Source: an uncultured Eggerthella sp. (GTDB taxonomy: Bacteria; Actinomycetota; Coriobacteriia; Coriobacteriales; Eggerthellaceae). From it: DNA of 64,000 nt. The notes below the pieces were generated by a model, which made no database searches, was not told the DNA's origin, and was given only the letters and a program-made list of their open reading frames with translations. Within the stretch, counting starts at the first letter, position 1. Each line of letters begins with the position of its first letter. The stretch lies in contig UQNZ01000003.1 in the NCBI GenBank assembly GCA_900542525.1, positions 48,440 through 112,439 on the forward strand, in the 5' to 3' direction. Below are positions 18,981 to 28,486 of this stretch, one piece after another. A program made the translations under genes and the position numbers.

Positions 18981-19822
18981 AGCTGATCTTTTGTTGAATT
19001 GATCTCGCGATTCTTGCGAGCGACCCACATCTGATAGTTTTTCTTGTACTTCATCTGAATGAGCTCAAGAATAATCGAGAATACCATGGCGAAGTACACC
19101 ATGAGCTTTTCAAGGTGCATGTCAAGGATCTCGATTCCCGAATTGATGCCCAGGCCATCGAGCGTGAGTAGAATACCGATCATCACGATGAATACGAGCG
19201 CAAGGATCTTTATCTCGGTATGTTGATTGATGAAGCTCGAGATCGCATCGATGAAGACCATCATGAGCACGACCGCGATGATAACTGCCAAGATCATGAT
19301 GATAAGATGCTGAGCAAGACCGACCGCCGTGATGACTGAATCGATCGAGAACACTAGGTCCATGACCATGATCGTGATGACCGCTTGAGGCAATGCGATC
19401 GTGCTTCTGTGCACTTCAGGTTCGTGCTGCTCTTTTTCTTCGGTCAAGTTGAGCACGCTTCTTATCTCATCGATCCCTTTGTAGATCAGATAGATTCCGC
19501 CAGCCAACAGCACAAGATCGCGCACGGAAAAGCCCATTGGTTCGCCGTGAATCTCTATGAACGGGATCGAGAAGAGCGGTGTGGTCATGTGCACGAGAAA
19601 CGATGCAAAGCATAAGAAAAGGATGCGCATGAAAAGCGCACCCAAAAGGCCGATCTTACGACCAAGATGCTGCTTTTCTGCAGGGAGCCGATCAGTGGTG
19701 ATAGCGATGAAGACAAGGTTATCGACCCCTAACACGATCTCCAGGAACAGAAGCGTGATAAGACTGATCCATGCCTCTGGTGTGGTGAAGATCGAAAGGT
19801 CGAACATGGGCATAAATGCCAT
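18977..19822 (-). CDS. TerC family integral membrane protein
   Basis: Multiple transmembrane helices and the TerC signature (LEIVLGVDNLVFIA). Confidence 0.75.
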   Translation of the reverse strand: MAFMPMFDLSIFTTPEAWISLITLLFLEIVLGVDNLVFIAITTDRLPAEKQHLGRKIGLLGALFMRILFLCFASFLVHMTTPLFSIPFIEIHGEPMGFSVRDLVLLAGGIYLIYKGIDEIRSVLNLTEEKEQHEPEVHRSTIALPQAVITIMVMDLVFSIDSVITAVGLAQHLIIMILAVIIAVVLMMVFIDAISSFINQHTEIKILALVFIVMIGILLTLDGLGINSGIEILDMHLEKLMVYFAMVFSIILELIQMKYKKNYQMWVARKNREINSTKDQL

Positions 19823-19861
19823 CCTTTACAAAAAAGACCGCTGAGCGGTCTTGAACTTGTA

Positions 19862-19935
19862 TGGAGGCGACGCCCGGATTCGAACCGGGGGTAAAGGCTT
19901 TGCAGGCCTCTGCCTTACCACTTGGCCACGTCGCC
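19862..19935 (-). tRNA. tRNA-Cys (GCA)
   Basis: Cloverleaf with 7-bp acceptor stem ggcgacg/cgtcgcc, T-loop GGTTCGAATCC and anticodon GCA. Genomically encoded CCA. Confidence 0.85.
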
Positions 19936-19977
19936 ATAAAAGCCGTTACGAACAATTCGAACGACTGAAAGGTGCAC

Positions 19978-20053
19978 TGGAGCGGACGACGGGGTTCGAA
20001 CCCGCGACCCTCACCTTGGCAAGGTGATGCTCTACCAACTGAGCCACGTCCGC
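19978..20053 (-). tRNA. tRNA-Gly (GCC)
   Basis: Acceptor gcggacg/cgtccgc, anticodon loop ttGCCaa, T-loop GGTTCGAACCC. Confidence 0.85.
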
Positions 20054-20069
20054 ATGTTCTCTGTTTAAA

Positions 20070-20144
20070 TGGTGGGCGATACTGGGATCGAACCAGTGGC
20101 CCCCACCGTGTCGAGGTGATGCTCTCCCGCTGAGCTAATCGCCC
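20070..20144 (-). tRNA. tRNA-Val (GAC)
   Basis: Acceptor gggcgat/atcgccc, anticodon loop tcGACac, T-loop GGTTCGATCCC. Confidence 0.8.
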
Positions 20145-20212
20145 ACTTAAACAGAATGCCTTTCAGCGGTTGATTAGTATACCTGAATCACGAAGGCCGT
20201 CAAGCCCTCTGG

Positions 20213-20974
20213 TTAAAAATATCCATAATAGGGCGTTTGTACAACAGCGGAATGCGCCCATTTGATGAGCGTGATGAAGTCGAATACCGGCAATTCAGTC
20301 GCAGCTTGGATAGCGCAGGCGTACGGCGGCAGATCGCTGCATTCAAGCAAGATAGCACCGATCTCGGGATGCTGTTCAACCAGGTTATGGGCGGCTTTTT
20401 CGAGATCTTCGGTAAGCCATTTGTTATCGAGCGTCTCTTCACCCCAGCGGATAGGCGCGAAGCTCTCCATCGAGCCCACATCTTGAATGACAAGATCATC
20501 CAACTGCGACCCAACCCCGCTCAATATCTCATCATCGATATTGTCTGCGCTCGCCGCGAACACCGCGATCTTCTGCTCTTGCTTCAAACCAAGCTTGATG
20601 AGCGGAAGCTGGCAGAGGCTCGAAAGGAAAACAGGAACATTCACCGCATCAGCAACCTGTTTTTGGAAGTGTGCGAAATAGCCGCATGCCCCCACGATCG
20701 CACGCACGCCTTCGGCCTCCAGTTCCTTGGCGGCCTCAACAACGATCATCTCAAGCTCAGGAGCTCCTTCGAAGAGCAATTCGATATCGAATTCGACCTT
20801 CTTATAGAGCACTGGAAAATCGAACGTGGTCGCGTTCACCACATTTCCTGGGAGCTTCGGATACTTCAGGTCGACAGCGATCACTCCGATCGCATGACCT
20901 GAAGTAAAGTGAGCGGGAACCGAGAAGGTTCCCGCAAGGTCTTGAGAGTTTACGATCGAACGTTGCCACGTCAT
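20213..20974 (-). CDS. Asp/Glu/hydantoin racemase superfamily protein
   Basis: Two Cys-containing motifs (IVGACGYF and ILLECSDLPP) spaced as in Asp/Glu racemase, arylmalonate decarboxylase and maleate isomerase family members. 253 aa. Confidence 0.55.
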   Translation of the reverse strand: MTWQRSIVNSQDLAGTFSVPAHFTSGHAIGVIAVDLKYPKLPGNVVNATTFDFPVLYKKVEFDIELLFEGAPELEMIVVEAAKELEAEGVRAIVGACGYFAHFQKQVADAVNVPVFLSSLCQLPLIKLGLKQEQKIAVFAASADNIDDEILSGVGSQLDDLVIQDVGSMESFAPIRWGEETLDNKWLTEDLEKAAHNLVEQHPEIGAILLECSDLPPYACAIQAATELPVFDFITLIKWAHSAVVQTPYYGYF

Positions 20975-21007
20975 ACTATGACTCCTAACGTAAGTTGAAA
21001 TGCGTTG

Positions 21008-22237
21008 TTATTCGGTATAGACACCATCATTCAAATATGTGAGCAGCGCTTCTTTGTCCATATGACCGATGCCCAAGTCTTCGAGCGTAAGACCACTTTC
21101 GAAATAATTGGTCTTGTTCATAACGCCACCGAGCACGATCATCGAGTCGATGATCGGCGTTGGAACACCGAACTTCTTACCCAGTTCGTGATAGACATGG
21201 CAACCGACAGGCACATCTTCCGTTACGTAGCGATTCTGGATCGTGAACGGACCGGTGCCATAGCCTACTTCCCATTCCTCGTCGAACGGAACATCGCAGC
21301 CTTCACCCATGTATTCCTGACCCAGCACGCTCGTCCGCTGATAAAAGACCTCTTTATCGAAAGGCTGGATGCCAACACCGATCGCATTAGCAAGTGCGAT
21401 CTCTTCGTTATAGAACTGATACTGGACCTCAGAGATAGAAGGACAGAAGCTGTGGCTATAGATGCTGTAGTCGTGCTTGTTCATATGAAGCACCGTGTTG
21501 AAGTTTTCCATCGTGGAAACACCCAAAAGCGTGCCAGGGACATGGATAACTGGATTCACGTTCGAAAAACCAATATCGAGCACAGTCTCGCCGCTTACTG
21601 CACCATCACCCTGGGTTATAGCGTCGAAGCAACCGAGTGCCTTAGAGCTTTCAAGGAAGTCTTCCTGATCGGTCATCGGCAAGGCTGCACCACGTAAAGT
21701 GATCGCACGATAGACCAAGCTCACATGCGCGTTCATGATGCCGCCTTCGGTATCGACGCGTGTGCCATAAGGAGCACTCGACCAACCGCCTACGATGACC
21801 TTCTTCGTGCAGCCTGCCTCGCGCATCATCTTGCGCAGTTTCAGCGTGCCGTAGTTGTCCGGAATGATGTGGATGATCTGACCATCCTCAAGACACGGAA
21901 TGAGCGCGCTGAAGAACACCTCGTGAGCAATAGAAGGGATACCAACGATGATGAGCTTTGCGCCCTTCACTGCTTCAGCAACTGAATTGGTGACCTTCGC
22001 GAATTCTGCGCGACCATAACGAGCGAACCCGTATTTCGTCTGCGTACCAGGAAGTTTCTGACCGATAGTGATGCCAGTCCGCTCGACCGTACCAAGGCTT
22101 GATTCGAAGAATGGATCAAGGTCGCAGATGCGAACTTCTTGCCCTGCAAGCGCGCAATCTGCACCACAAGTCTTACCAACTGCACCGCCGCCAAGGACAG
22201 CTATGGGTGCGCTTCGTAATTCTTCTACATCGATCAT
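21008..22237 (-). CDS. Opine dehydrogenase family NAD(P)-dependent oxidoreductase (octopine/nopaline DH-like)
   Basis: N-terminal Rossmann GxGxxG (IAVLGGGAVG) followed by the long C-terminal opine-dehydrogenase-type domain. 409 aa. Confidence 0.6.
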   Translation of the reverse strand: MIDVEELRSAPIAVLGGGAVGKTCGADCALAGQEVRICDLDPFFESSLGTVERTGITIGQKLPGTQTKYGFARYGRAEFAKVTNSVAEAVKGAKLIIVGIPSIAHEVFFSALIPCLEDGQIIHIIPDNYGTLKLRKMMREAGCTKKVIVGGWSSAPYGTRVDTEGGIMNAHVSLVYRAITLRGAALPMTDQEDFLESSKALGCFDAITQGDGAVSGETVLDIGFSNVNPVIHVPGTLLGVSTMENFNTVLHMNKHDYSIYSHSFCPSISEVQYQFYNEEIALANAIGVGIQPFDKEVFYQRTSVLGQEYMGEGCDVPFDEEWEVGYGTGPFTIQNRYVTEDVPVGCHVYHELGKKFGVPTPIIDSMIVLGGVMNKTNYFESGLTLEDLGIGHMDKEALLTYLNDGVYTE

Positions 22238-22573
22238 GAGATAACCTTTCTTAAAGAAGACTTAATCAATAGCGTATGAAACGTTTCTATGATACGCCAA
22301 AAGGCAGTAAGGGGTAAGAGTAGGTTATAAGGACGCTCTGCATACATGAGCACGAGCGGGAAGGCCAATCTCCCCTGTTCACCTGCGATGCAAAGACGGT
22401 ATCTAGCCCTGAGCATTCGTTTTCTATAACCAGTTAGAAGAACTGCTGATAACAAGAAGGATTGTACTTGGAAAACGCAATGTTTAGACTAATCACCATT
22501 GAATTCTAACTTGATCGTTCGTGGAGCAGAAAGATGCCACGCGACAAGAAAGACACAGAAAGGAACTCATTCA

Positions 22574-23410
22574 ATGGAAAAAGCAAAACGATTCCCCCAG
22601 CTACTTGTTGCAGTAGTGGCTGCACTCGCGCTCTCCCTTTTGGCGCTCACTGGCTGCTCAGGTGGAAATTCTTCCTCTGAAGACAAGACCATCACCATCG
22701 CCGCAGTGCCCACTCCGCATGCTGAGATCTTGAATGACGTTGTGAAACCCGCGCTTGAGAAAGAGGGCTACACCCTTGAGGTGAAAGAGTTCACCGACTA
22801 CGTCTTGCCCAATACGGCAACCGAGCAGGAAGAGGTCGATGCGAATTACTTCCAGCACAAGCCTTATCTTGACAACTTCAACGAAGAGCAGGGAACGCAC
22901 CTGGTAGACGTTGTTGGTGTCCATTACGAGCCCTTTGGTCTGTACTCGACCAAATACACTGATCTTTCCGAGATTCCCAATGGCGCTAAAGTTGCAGTAC
23001 CCAACGATGCCACCAATGAAGCACGCGCGCTACTGCTGCTCGAAGAGAACGGCCTCATCGAGCTCAACGATGATGCAGGCGTGACCGCAACGAAGGCAGA
23101 CATCACGAGCAACCCCAAGAATCTTGATATCGTCGAGATCGAAGCCGCAACCGTTCCAACGATCATTGACGATGTTGCGCTCGCAGGCATCAATGCGAAC
23201 TATGCTCTTGAGGGCGATCTGATCGATAAAGCGCTCGTGAAAGAGACGAGTGATTCGCTGGCTGCTCAGACCTATGCTAACCTGCTCGTAGTAAAGGATG
23301 GTAATCAGGACAAAGAGAAGATCAAAGCACTTGCTAAAGCTTTGACGAGCGACGAAGTACGCAACTACATCAATGAGAATTATTCAGGCGCGGTACTCAC
23401 CGTATTCTAA
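22574..23410 (+). CDS. MetQ/NlpA family ABC-transporter substrate-binding lipoprotein (orphan)
   Basis: Lipoprotein signal with lipobox LTGCSGG and the MetQ-like fold. No permease or ATPase gene adjacent. Confidence 0.75.
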   Translation: MEKAKRFPQLLVAVVAALALSLLALTGCSGGNSSSEDKTITIAAVPTPHAEILNDVVKPALEKEGYTLEVKEFTDYVLPNTATEQEEVDANYFQHKPYLDNFNEEQGTHLVDVVGVHYEPFGLYSTKYTDLSEIPNGAKVAVPNDATNEARALLLLEENGLIELNDDAGVTATKADITSNPKNLDIVEIEAATVPTIIDDVALAGINANYALEGDLIDKALVKETSDSLAAQTYANLLVVKDGNQDKEKIKALAKALTSDEVRNYINENYSGAVLTVF

Positions 23411-23434
23411 AAGCTCGACTCAATTGATCTACGA

Positions 23435-23465
23435 AGACCCGGCACTATGTCGGGTCTTTCTTTAT
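23435..23465 (+). terminator. Rho-independent terminator after the MetQ-like gene
   Basis: Hairpin agacccg-gcactatgt-cgggtct followed by a T tract. Confidence 0.6.
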
Positions 23466-23555
23466 TCGCCTCTTCCCTCTCAAAGCAAATAGATCCAATG
23501 CGCTACAATACGGTGTGTTCATAAACAACTCACCCTCAAGAGGCATTGAAACGCT

Positions 23556-24524
23556 ATGCAATCGAATCTGACGCTCCAACAACTGCGCTATATCACTGAA
23601 GTGGTCGAATGCGGCTCGATCAATGCCGCGAGCCAGAATCTGTATGTGTCTCAGCCAGCACTCTCTACCGCCATCAAGGACGCTGAGCAAGAGCTCGGGA
23701 TCGAGATATTCAACCGCAGTAACCGTGGGATCACGCTCACCCAAGAGGGTATTGAATTCGTGGGCTACGCCCGCCAAGTCCTAGAGCAAGTCAACCTGCT
23801 CGAAGCGCGCTACAGCGGCACGGGCAATAAAGCAGTGCAGAAGCTCTCTATCTCTTCGCAACACTATGCATTTTGCGTCAAAGCCTTCGTTGACCTCGTT
23901 GAAGAGTATGACCAGGATGAATACGAATTCACCTTGCGCGAAACACGCACCGCAGAGATCATTGAAGATGTGAAGAGTTACAGAAGTGAACTTGGCGTGC
24001 TCTATTTGAGCAACTTCAACAAACGCGTTATATCGAAAGCACTCTTGGACGCAGGGCTTGAATTCGTTGCGCTCTTTGAAGCAGAACCCCACGTCTTCGT
24101 CGGTGAGCACCATCCCCTTGCGCAAAAAGCCTCGGTCAAGCCTGAACAGCTTGAGGACTACACGCGCTACTCATTCGAGCAAGGCGCGAACAATTCTTTC
24201 TTCTTCTCAGAAGAGCCGCTCAGTCATCTTCCCCACAAGAAGCAGATCACCTATTCGGACCGCGGCACACTTTCAAATTTGCTCACCAACTTCGATGGCT
24301 ACACCATTGCGACCGGCGTGCTCTCAGACGAGATGAACGCTGGTATTGTGGCGATCCCTCTTGAAGCAGATGAGAAGATGACCGTTGGCTACATTCATCA
24401 AGCGGCGCACGACTTGAGCGAGCTGGCAAAACGCTACATCAAGAAGCTGCGCGCCTATATCGAGGCGAATCCTACGGTCAGTACCTATATCGAGCACCCT
24501 CTTGCAGCCAGCAACGAAAACTAA
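23556..24524 (+). CDS. LysR family transcriptional regulator
   Basis: N-terminal helix-turn-helix (LQQLRYITEVVECGSINAASQNLYVSQPALS) and the LysR substrate-binding domain. Confidence 0.85.
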   Translation: MQSNLTLQQLRYITEVVECGSINAASQNLYVSQPALSTAIKDAEQELGIEIFNRSNRGITLTQEGIEFVGYARQVLEQVNLLEARYSGTGNKAVQKLSISSQHYAFCVKAFVDLVEEYDQDEYEFTLRETRTAEIIEDVKSYRSELGVLYLSNFNKRVISKALLDAGLEFVALFEAEPHVFVGEHHPLAQKASVKPEQLEDYTRYSFEQGANNSFFFSEEPLSHLPHKKQITYSDRGTLSNLLTNFDGYTIATGVLSDEMNAGIVAIPLEADEKMTVGYIHQAAHDLSELAKRYIKKLRAYIEANPTVSTYIEHPLAASNEN

Positions 24525-24550
24525 CGCTATCGAAACTGAAGGAATCTTGG

Positions 24551-25504
24551 CTATTCTTCAATAGTTGTTTTATTCGTTGCCGTATTGCCGATAGAGCCCT
24601 TATCCATACGATGCTCTTCGTCGTTCGGCTCAACGTAGATGAGGATGTCTTGAACCTCAGGAAAGGTCTCTGAGAGCTTCTGCTCGATCTTTGAGACCAC
24701 CTTATGCGATGCGATGACCGTCATCTCAGGATCGACCAAAATGTGCAGATCGAGATAGATCTCGCCCTGCAGCCCGCGCGTGCGGATCTGATGAGCTTCT
24801 TGAACGCCCTCCACGCCTTCAACCACTCCACGAATCTCTGCCACAGGAATACGCGCTTCATCGGTGAAGGTAGCGAACGCGCTCTTAAAGATATCGAATG
24901 CAGTGAACAGAATAGCTACCATGACGATGAGCGCCATGATATCGTCCGCCATCTCGATCCCACAGGCGACCAAGATAAGCCCGACGATAACGCCGATCGA
25001 AACGAGACAATCTGAAAGCGTATGCGCAGCGTCAGCCTTCAGGATGTCGCTCTTAAGACGATTCCCCATTTTGCGTTCGTAGGTGGTCACGAACAGATTG
25101 ACCGCGAGCGTACCCACCATGACAACGAACGAGAAGACCGTGACTTCCGTGTGATAGCTGCCTTCGATAAGCGAAGTGACCGCGCTCGATCCAACCTGAT
25201 AGGCAGCGAAGATGAGCATGAGTCCAATCATGAGCGATGCGAAGGTCTCCAACTTGAAATGGCCATAGGGATGCTCTTTATCTGCGGGGCGAATAGCAAG
25301 ACTGATCCCGATAAGGCCAACCACGTTTCCTGCCGAGTCAAAGATCGAGTGGATACCATCGGCTTGCATCGCTGCTGAATGCGAGATCGATCCGTAAATG
25401 AATTTCGCAAGCGCCACCGCAAGATTGAGTAAGAGCACGGCAAGCAACACGCGCCTCACGGCGCTCGTTCGCTTTTCATGATTCTGTAGGCTTAAATGAG
25501 ACAT
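24551..25504 (-). CDS. Cation diffusion facilitator (CDF) family metal efflux transporter
   Basis: Six transmembrane helices with HxxxD motifs and a C-terminal cytoplasmic domain. Confidence 0.8.
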   Translation of the reverse strand: MSHLSLQNHEKRTSAVRRVLLAVLLLNLAVALAKFIYGSISHSAAMQADGIHSIFDSAGNVVGLIGISLAIRPADKEHPYGHFKLETFASLMIGLMLIFAAYQVGSSAVTSLIEGSYHTEVTVFSFVVMVGTLAVNLFVTTYERKMGNRLKSDILKADAAHTLSDCLVSIGVIVGLILVACGIEMADDIMALIVMVAILFTAFDIFKSAFATFTDEARIPVAEIRGVVEGVEGVQEAHQIRTRGLQGEIYLDLHILVDPEMTVIASHKVVSKIEQKLSETFPEVQDILIYVEPNDEEHRMDKGSIGNTATNKTTIEE

Positions 25505-25607
25505 AGCACTCCGAGATAATCCTCAACGATGCTCAAGCAGAAGACCGTACGGAACTACGGTTCCATAGTATGAAAAAGGCCCCCGTTTCCGAGGGCCTTG
25601 ATTCTTA

Positions 25608-25699
25608 GCTGGTGTCGGAGGCGGGATTTGAACCCGCACACCCGTTCAAATGGGCACTAGCACCTCAAGCTAGCGTGTCTGCCGTTCCACCACTCCGAC
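25608..25699 (-). tRNA. tRNA-Leu (GAG)
   Basis: Long variable arm and anticodon loop ctGAGgt. Terminator hairpin at 25570-25600. Confidence 0.75.
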
Positions 25700-25815
25700 G
25701 TGTTTTCAGCGTTGTCTATCTTATCAAAAGTTTACGATCTTGCAAGAAGCGATAGACAATTTCTTGCAGACGGAACCCCGAGCGGCATGAAGCGCACTCG
25801 AAGCACTCATTCATC

Positions 25816-26076
25816 CTACTGGCCAGGGTTGATCGTGCCGTGCGGGAAGATGATCATGAGCACGATGAGTGAGACCAAGAACACGGCCACCAAAATAATA
25901 GTGATACGGTCAAGATTCTTCTCAACGATGCTCGTTCCCTGATTCGTACCATATACGCTCGAAGCGATCATGTCCGAAACGCCGGTACCTTTACCAGAAT
26001 GCAAAAGGATGAAAATGATGAGCCCGATGCCCGAAAGAACGAGCAAAACGGAAAAGATGATTGCGAGTACTGACAA
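25816..26076 (-). CDS. secG: Preprotein translocase subunit SecG
   Basis: 86 aa with two transmembrane segments. Conserved position downstream of tpiA. Confidence 0.75.
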   Translation of the reverse strand: MSVLAIIFSVLLVLSGIGLIIFILLHSGKGTGVSDMIASSVYGTNQGTSIVEKNLDRITIILVAVFLVSLIVLMIIFPHGTINPGQ

Positions 26077-26137
26077 GTTGATCCCTTATCTCATACGATT
26101 TATGCCATACAAAACACTTATTATGCCAAACAGCTTA

Positions 26138-27694
26138 CTACTTTTCAAGAAGAGATTCTGCGCTCATTTCGCTCGGTAGCGGAATCCCGATCATATCGAG
26201 AAGCGTTGGAGAGATATTCGCGAGGATACCACGTGTATCTTTGAGCGTATACCCCTTATTCGCGCCATCGACCAGAATGAGCGGCACTGGAGCCGTGGTA
26301 TGCGCTGTGAAAGGCGTGCCATCTTCCGCGATCATGCGATCTGCATTGCCATGATCAGCTGTAACGAGCGCCACTCCCCCTTTGCGCTTTATCGCATCGA
26401 CGACCGCACCAACACCTGAATCGACCGCTTCCACCGCCTTGATGGCGGCATCCAACACACCCGTATGACCAACCATGTCGCAATTGGCGAAGTTCACGAT
26501 ATAGACATCCGCCTCATCGTTGTCGATCGCAGCTACAAGCGTTTCCGCAACTTCCGGTTCACTCATTTCTGGCTGAAGGTCGTACGTTGCAACTTTCGGT
26601 GAAGGAATGAGCGTACGTGTTTCAAGCGCTTTCGGCTCTTCCACGCCTCCATTGAAGAAGAAGGTCACATGTGCATACTTCTCCGTTTCAGCGATGTGAT
26701 ACTGGCGAAGCCCTTCTTCAGCAAGCACATCAGCAAGAACGTGATCGGGGCAAACCTTCGGAAACGCAATAGGTGCAGGAATGGTAGGGTCGTATTCGGT
26801 AAGGCAGACGAACATGGGTCTTTCCCAACCTAGACGAGTAAACGCATCGAATGCGGGGTCACAAAGCGCGCGCGAGATCTCTCGAGCACGATCAGGACGG
26901 AAATTGAAGAAGATGAACGCATCCTGCGCGCTCGCTGTTTCACCCGTCAAGCTGACCGGAACAACGAATTCATCGGTTACGTCTGCCGCATACGACTCTT
27001 CCATGACCTTTTGCGCACTGCATTCGGTCGCGTTCTCCCCCAACCAAATAGCTCGCCAGGCTTGTTCGATGCGATCCCAACGATTATCACGATCCATCGC
27101 ATAATAGCGACCCGAGATCACACCGATGCGCACATCAGCACTTTCAGCATCATCAAAGATCTCAGTGATCTTTTCCTCAAGCTCTTCGATATAATCGCTT
27201 CCGCTACACGGTGGCACGTCACGGCCATCCATGAAGCAGTGAACGCGAACCTTCTTCACGTCAAGACGTTTAGCCATCTCGAGCAACGCATAAAGATGAA
27301 CGTTGTTCGAATGAACACCACCATCGGAGAGGAGCCCCATCAGATGCAAGGTGGAACCATGCTCAGCGACCGACTTCATCGCAGAAACGAGCACTTCGTT
27401 CTCGAACAACTCACCGCTCTCGCAAGCATTATCGATGCGCGAAAGCTCTTGATGAACGGTCCGTCCTGCACCGATGTTTAAATGCCCAACCTCGGAATTG
27501 CCCATCTGCCCTTCAGGCAACCCAACCGGCTTTCCGGAGGCATCGAGCTCGATATGGGAACAGGTTGCGAAAAGCTCATCAAGATGAGGTGTGTTTGCCA
27601 AAGAGATAGCATTCCCATTTCCAGAACTCGCAAGTCCGAACCCATCCATGATGATGAGGCACGCAGGCAAAGTAAGTGAAGAGCGTTCGACCAT
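26138..27694 (-). CDS. gpmI: 2,3-bisphosphoglycerate-independent phosphoglycerate mutase
   Basis: iPGM motifs (LIIMDGFG, MGNSEVGHLN). Confidence 0.9.
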   Translation of the reverse strand: MVERSSLTLPACLIIMDGFGLASSGNGNAISLANTPHLDELFATCSHIELDASGKPVGLPEGQMGNSEVGHLNIGAGRTVHQELSRIDNACESGELFENEVLVSAMKSVAEHGSTLHLMGLLSDGGVHSNNVHLYALLEMAKRLDVKKVRVHCFMDGRDVPPCSGSDYIEELEEKITEIFDDAESADVRIGVISGRYYAMDRDNRWDRIEQAWRAIWLGENATECSAQKVMEESYAADVTDEFVVPVSLTGETASAQDAFIFFNFRPDRAREISRALCDPAFDAFTRLGWERPMFVCLTEYDPTIPAPIAFPKVCPDHVLADVLAEEGLRQYHIAETEKYAHVTFFFNGGVEEPKALETRTLIPSPKVATYDLQPEMSEPEVAETLVAAIDNDEADVYIVNFANCDMVGHTGVLDAAIKAVEAVDSGVGAVVDAIKRKGGVALVTADHGNADRMIAEDGTPFTAHTTAPVPLILVDGANKGYTLKDTRGILANISPTLLDMIGIPLPSEMSAESLLEK

Positions 27695-27697
27695 ACC

Positions 27698-28477
27698 TTA
27701 CTCCTCTGAAGCCTTTGCGGCAGCTTCGATGAGCTGCTTGAACGAATCAGCATCGAGCGCAGCTCCGCCGATAAGGCCACCATCGATATCGGCCATCGCG
27801 AGCAGAGAATCGACGTTGCCCGTGTTCATAGAGCCACCGTAGAGAACACGGATCGCTTCAGCTGTTTCAGGGGTGAACATATCAGCGATGGTCTGGCGAA
27901 TAGCAGCACAGACTTCCTCAGCCTGTTCAGGCGTGGCGGTGCGGCCCGTGCCGATAGCCCACACGGGCTCATAAGCAATCACAACATGTGCGAGATCTTC
28001 CGTATCAAGACCAGCGAGTGCGGCACGCACCTGCGCCACAACGAATTCGATATAGCGGTTATCATCGCGGATCGCGAGCGACTCGCCCACACACACGATC
28101 GCACCAAGGCCATCAGCAACAAGTGCCTTGACCTTCAGGTTCACCGTTTCATCAGTTTCAGCGAAGTATTCGCGGCGCTCAGAATGACCAACGATGCTGT
28201 AGGTGCAACCCGCATCCTTGATCATCGGGATCGAGATCTCGCCCGTATAAGCGCCTGAAGGCTCGAAATAAACATTCTGAGCGGCAACTTCGATATCGGT
28301 CTTGTCGAAATCGATGACCGTCTGCACGGGACGGATATCGATCGCAGGAACACAGAGAACCACTTCTACCTTGTCCCACGCGCGATTGTAATAATTGCAG
28401 AGCTGCTGAGTGAGTGCAATGGCTTCCGGGATGGTCTTATTCATCTTCCAGTTGCCTGCCATCATGTACGTACGCAT
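27698..28477 (-). CDS. tpiA: Triosephosphate isomerase
   Basis: AGNWKMN, VGHSERR and AYEPVWAIGTG motifs. Confidence 0.9.
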   Translation of the reverse strand: MRTYMMAGNWKMNKTIPEAIALTQQLCNYYNRAWDKVEVVLCVPAIDIRPVQTVIDFDKTDIEVAAQNVYFEPSGAYTGEISIPMIKDAGCTYSIVGHSERREYFAETDETVNLKVKALVADGLGAIVCVGESLAIRDDNRYIEFVVAQVRAALAGLDTEDLAHVVIAYEPVWAIGTGRTATPEQAEEVCAAIRQTIADMFTPETAEAIRVLYGGSMNTGNVDSLLAMADIDGGLIGGAALDADSFKQLIEAAAKASEE

Positions 28478-28486
28478 AGATCCCCC

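Noticed and set aside
22238-22573. Possible SAM (S-box) riboswitch upstream of the MetQ-like lipoprotein gene
   Set aside because: The 336-bp leader was read on both strands for the S-box core (paired ...AGAGGGGC.../...GCAACC... elements). Nothing resembling it was found. Regulation by the adjacent LysR proteins is more likely.
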